From NCBI RefSeq assembly GCF_963921235.1, contig NC_086097.1, positions 78,308,001-78,372,000 on the forward strand: a stretch of DNA of 64,000 nucleotides, in the 5' to 3' direction. The DNA is from Mobula hypostoma (taxonomy: Eukaryota). The position numbers and the translations under genes are program-made. Below are positions 63,033 through 64,000 of the stretch, piece after piece. Within the stretch, counting starts at the first letter, position 1. The number at the start of each line of letters is the position of its first letter. The notes beneath the pieces were generated by a model. The model saw only the letters and a list, made by a program, of their open reading frames with translations, was not told the DNA's origin and ran no database searches.

Positions 63033-64000
63033 TAGACCATAAGACCACAAGACCATAAGATATTGGAGCAAAAGCAGGCCATTCAGCCCATTGTGTCTGC
63101 TCCACCATTCAACCATGGGATGATCCAATTCTTCCAGTCATTCCCCACTCCCCCTACCCTTTGATGCCCTGGCTAATCAAGAACCTATCTATCTCTGCCT
63201 TAAATGCACCCAATGACTTTAATCGCTTGTGGCAACAAATTACACAGATTTACTACCCTCTGACTAAAGTAATTTCTCTGCAGCTCAGTTCTAAATGGAC
63301 GCCCTTCAATCCTGAAGTCATGTCCTCTTGTCTTTGACTCCTCTACCATGGGAAATAACTTTACCATATCTAATCTGTTCAGGCCTTTTAACATTTGGAA
63401 TGTTTCTATGAGATCCCCCCTCATTCTCCTGAACTCCAGGGAATACAACCCAAGAGCTGCCAGATGTTCCTCATACGGTAACCCTTTCATTCCTGGAATC
63501 ATTCTTGTGAATCTTCTCTGAACCCTCTCCAATATCAGTATATCCTTTCTAAAGTAAGGAGCCCAAAACTGCACACAATACTCCAAGTGTGGTCTCACAA
63601 GTACCTTATAGAGCCTCACATCACATCCCTGCATTTATATTCTATACCTCTAGAAATGAATGCCAATATTGCATTCACCTTCTTCGCCACGGACTCAACT
63701 TGGAGGTTAACCTTTAGGGTATCCTGCACAAGGACTCCCAAGTTCCTTTGCATCTCTGCATTTTGAATTCTCTCCCCATCTAAATAATAATCTGCCCATT
63801 TATTTCTTCCACCAAAGTGTATGACCATACACTTTCCAACATTGTATTTCATTTGCCACTTCTTTCCCATTCCCCTAAACTATCCAAGTCTTTCTGCAGG
63901 CTCTCTGTTTCCTCAACACTACCCACTCCTCCATCTATTTTTGTATTATTGGCAAAGTTAGCCACAAATCCATTAATCCCATAGTCCAAATCATTGACAT
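63033..64000 (-). mobile_element. CR1 LINE 3' portion (runs off the window end)
   Basis: KKWQMKYNVGKCMVIHFG, LVRPHLEYCVQFWAP and LEFRRMRGDLIET; (accataag)n tail. Confidence 0.93.

Overview
AT-rich vertebrate genomic DNA. The repeat families look like those of a cartilaginous fish, most like a batoid ray; this is an inference from recall, not a database result. I found no host protein-coding exon, rRNA or tRNA gene that I can support, so the window reads as intergenic or large-intron sequence dominated by transposable elements. It contains many CR1 LINE fragments, Rex1/Babar LINEs, RTE LINE fragments, one full-length but disabled L1 (50739-56104, 14-bp TSD), Penelope-like elements, two Tc1 copies (one near-complete, DD34E), mariner/Tc1/Tigger-type MITEs, tRNA-derived SINEs and a solo LTR. 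Several insertions are nested and can be ordered in time from their TSDs. The most interesting signal is a set of Penelope-derived short elements that carry minimal hammerhead-ribozyme motifs (CUGAnGA-stem II-GAAA(C/U)GUC). Several are fold-back palindromes with 13-14 bp TSDs; the best example is 61159-61399. Most ORFs in the supplied track are TE fragments, TE-junction chimeras or antisense noise. Boundaries without a stated TSD or TIR are approximate.
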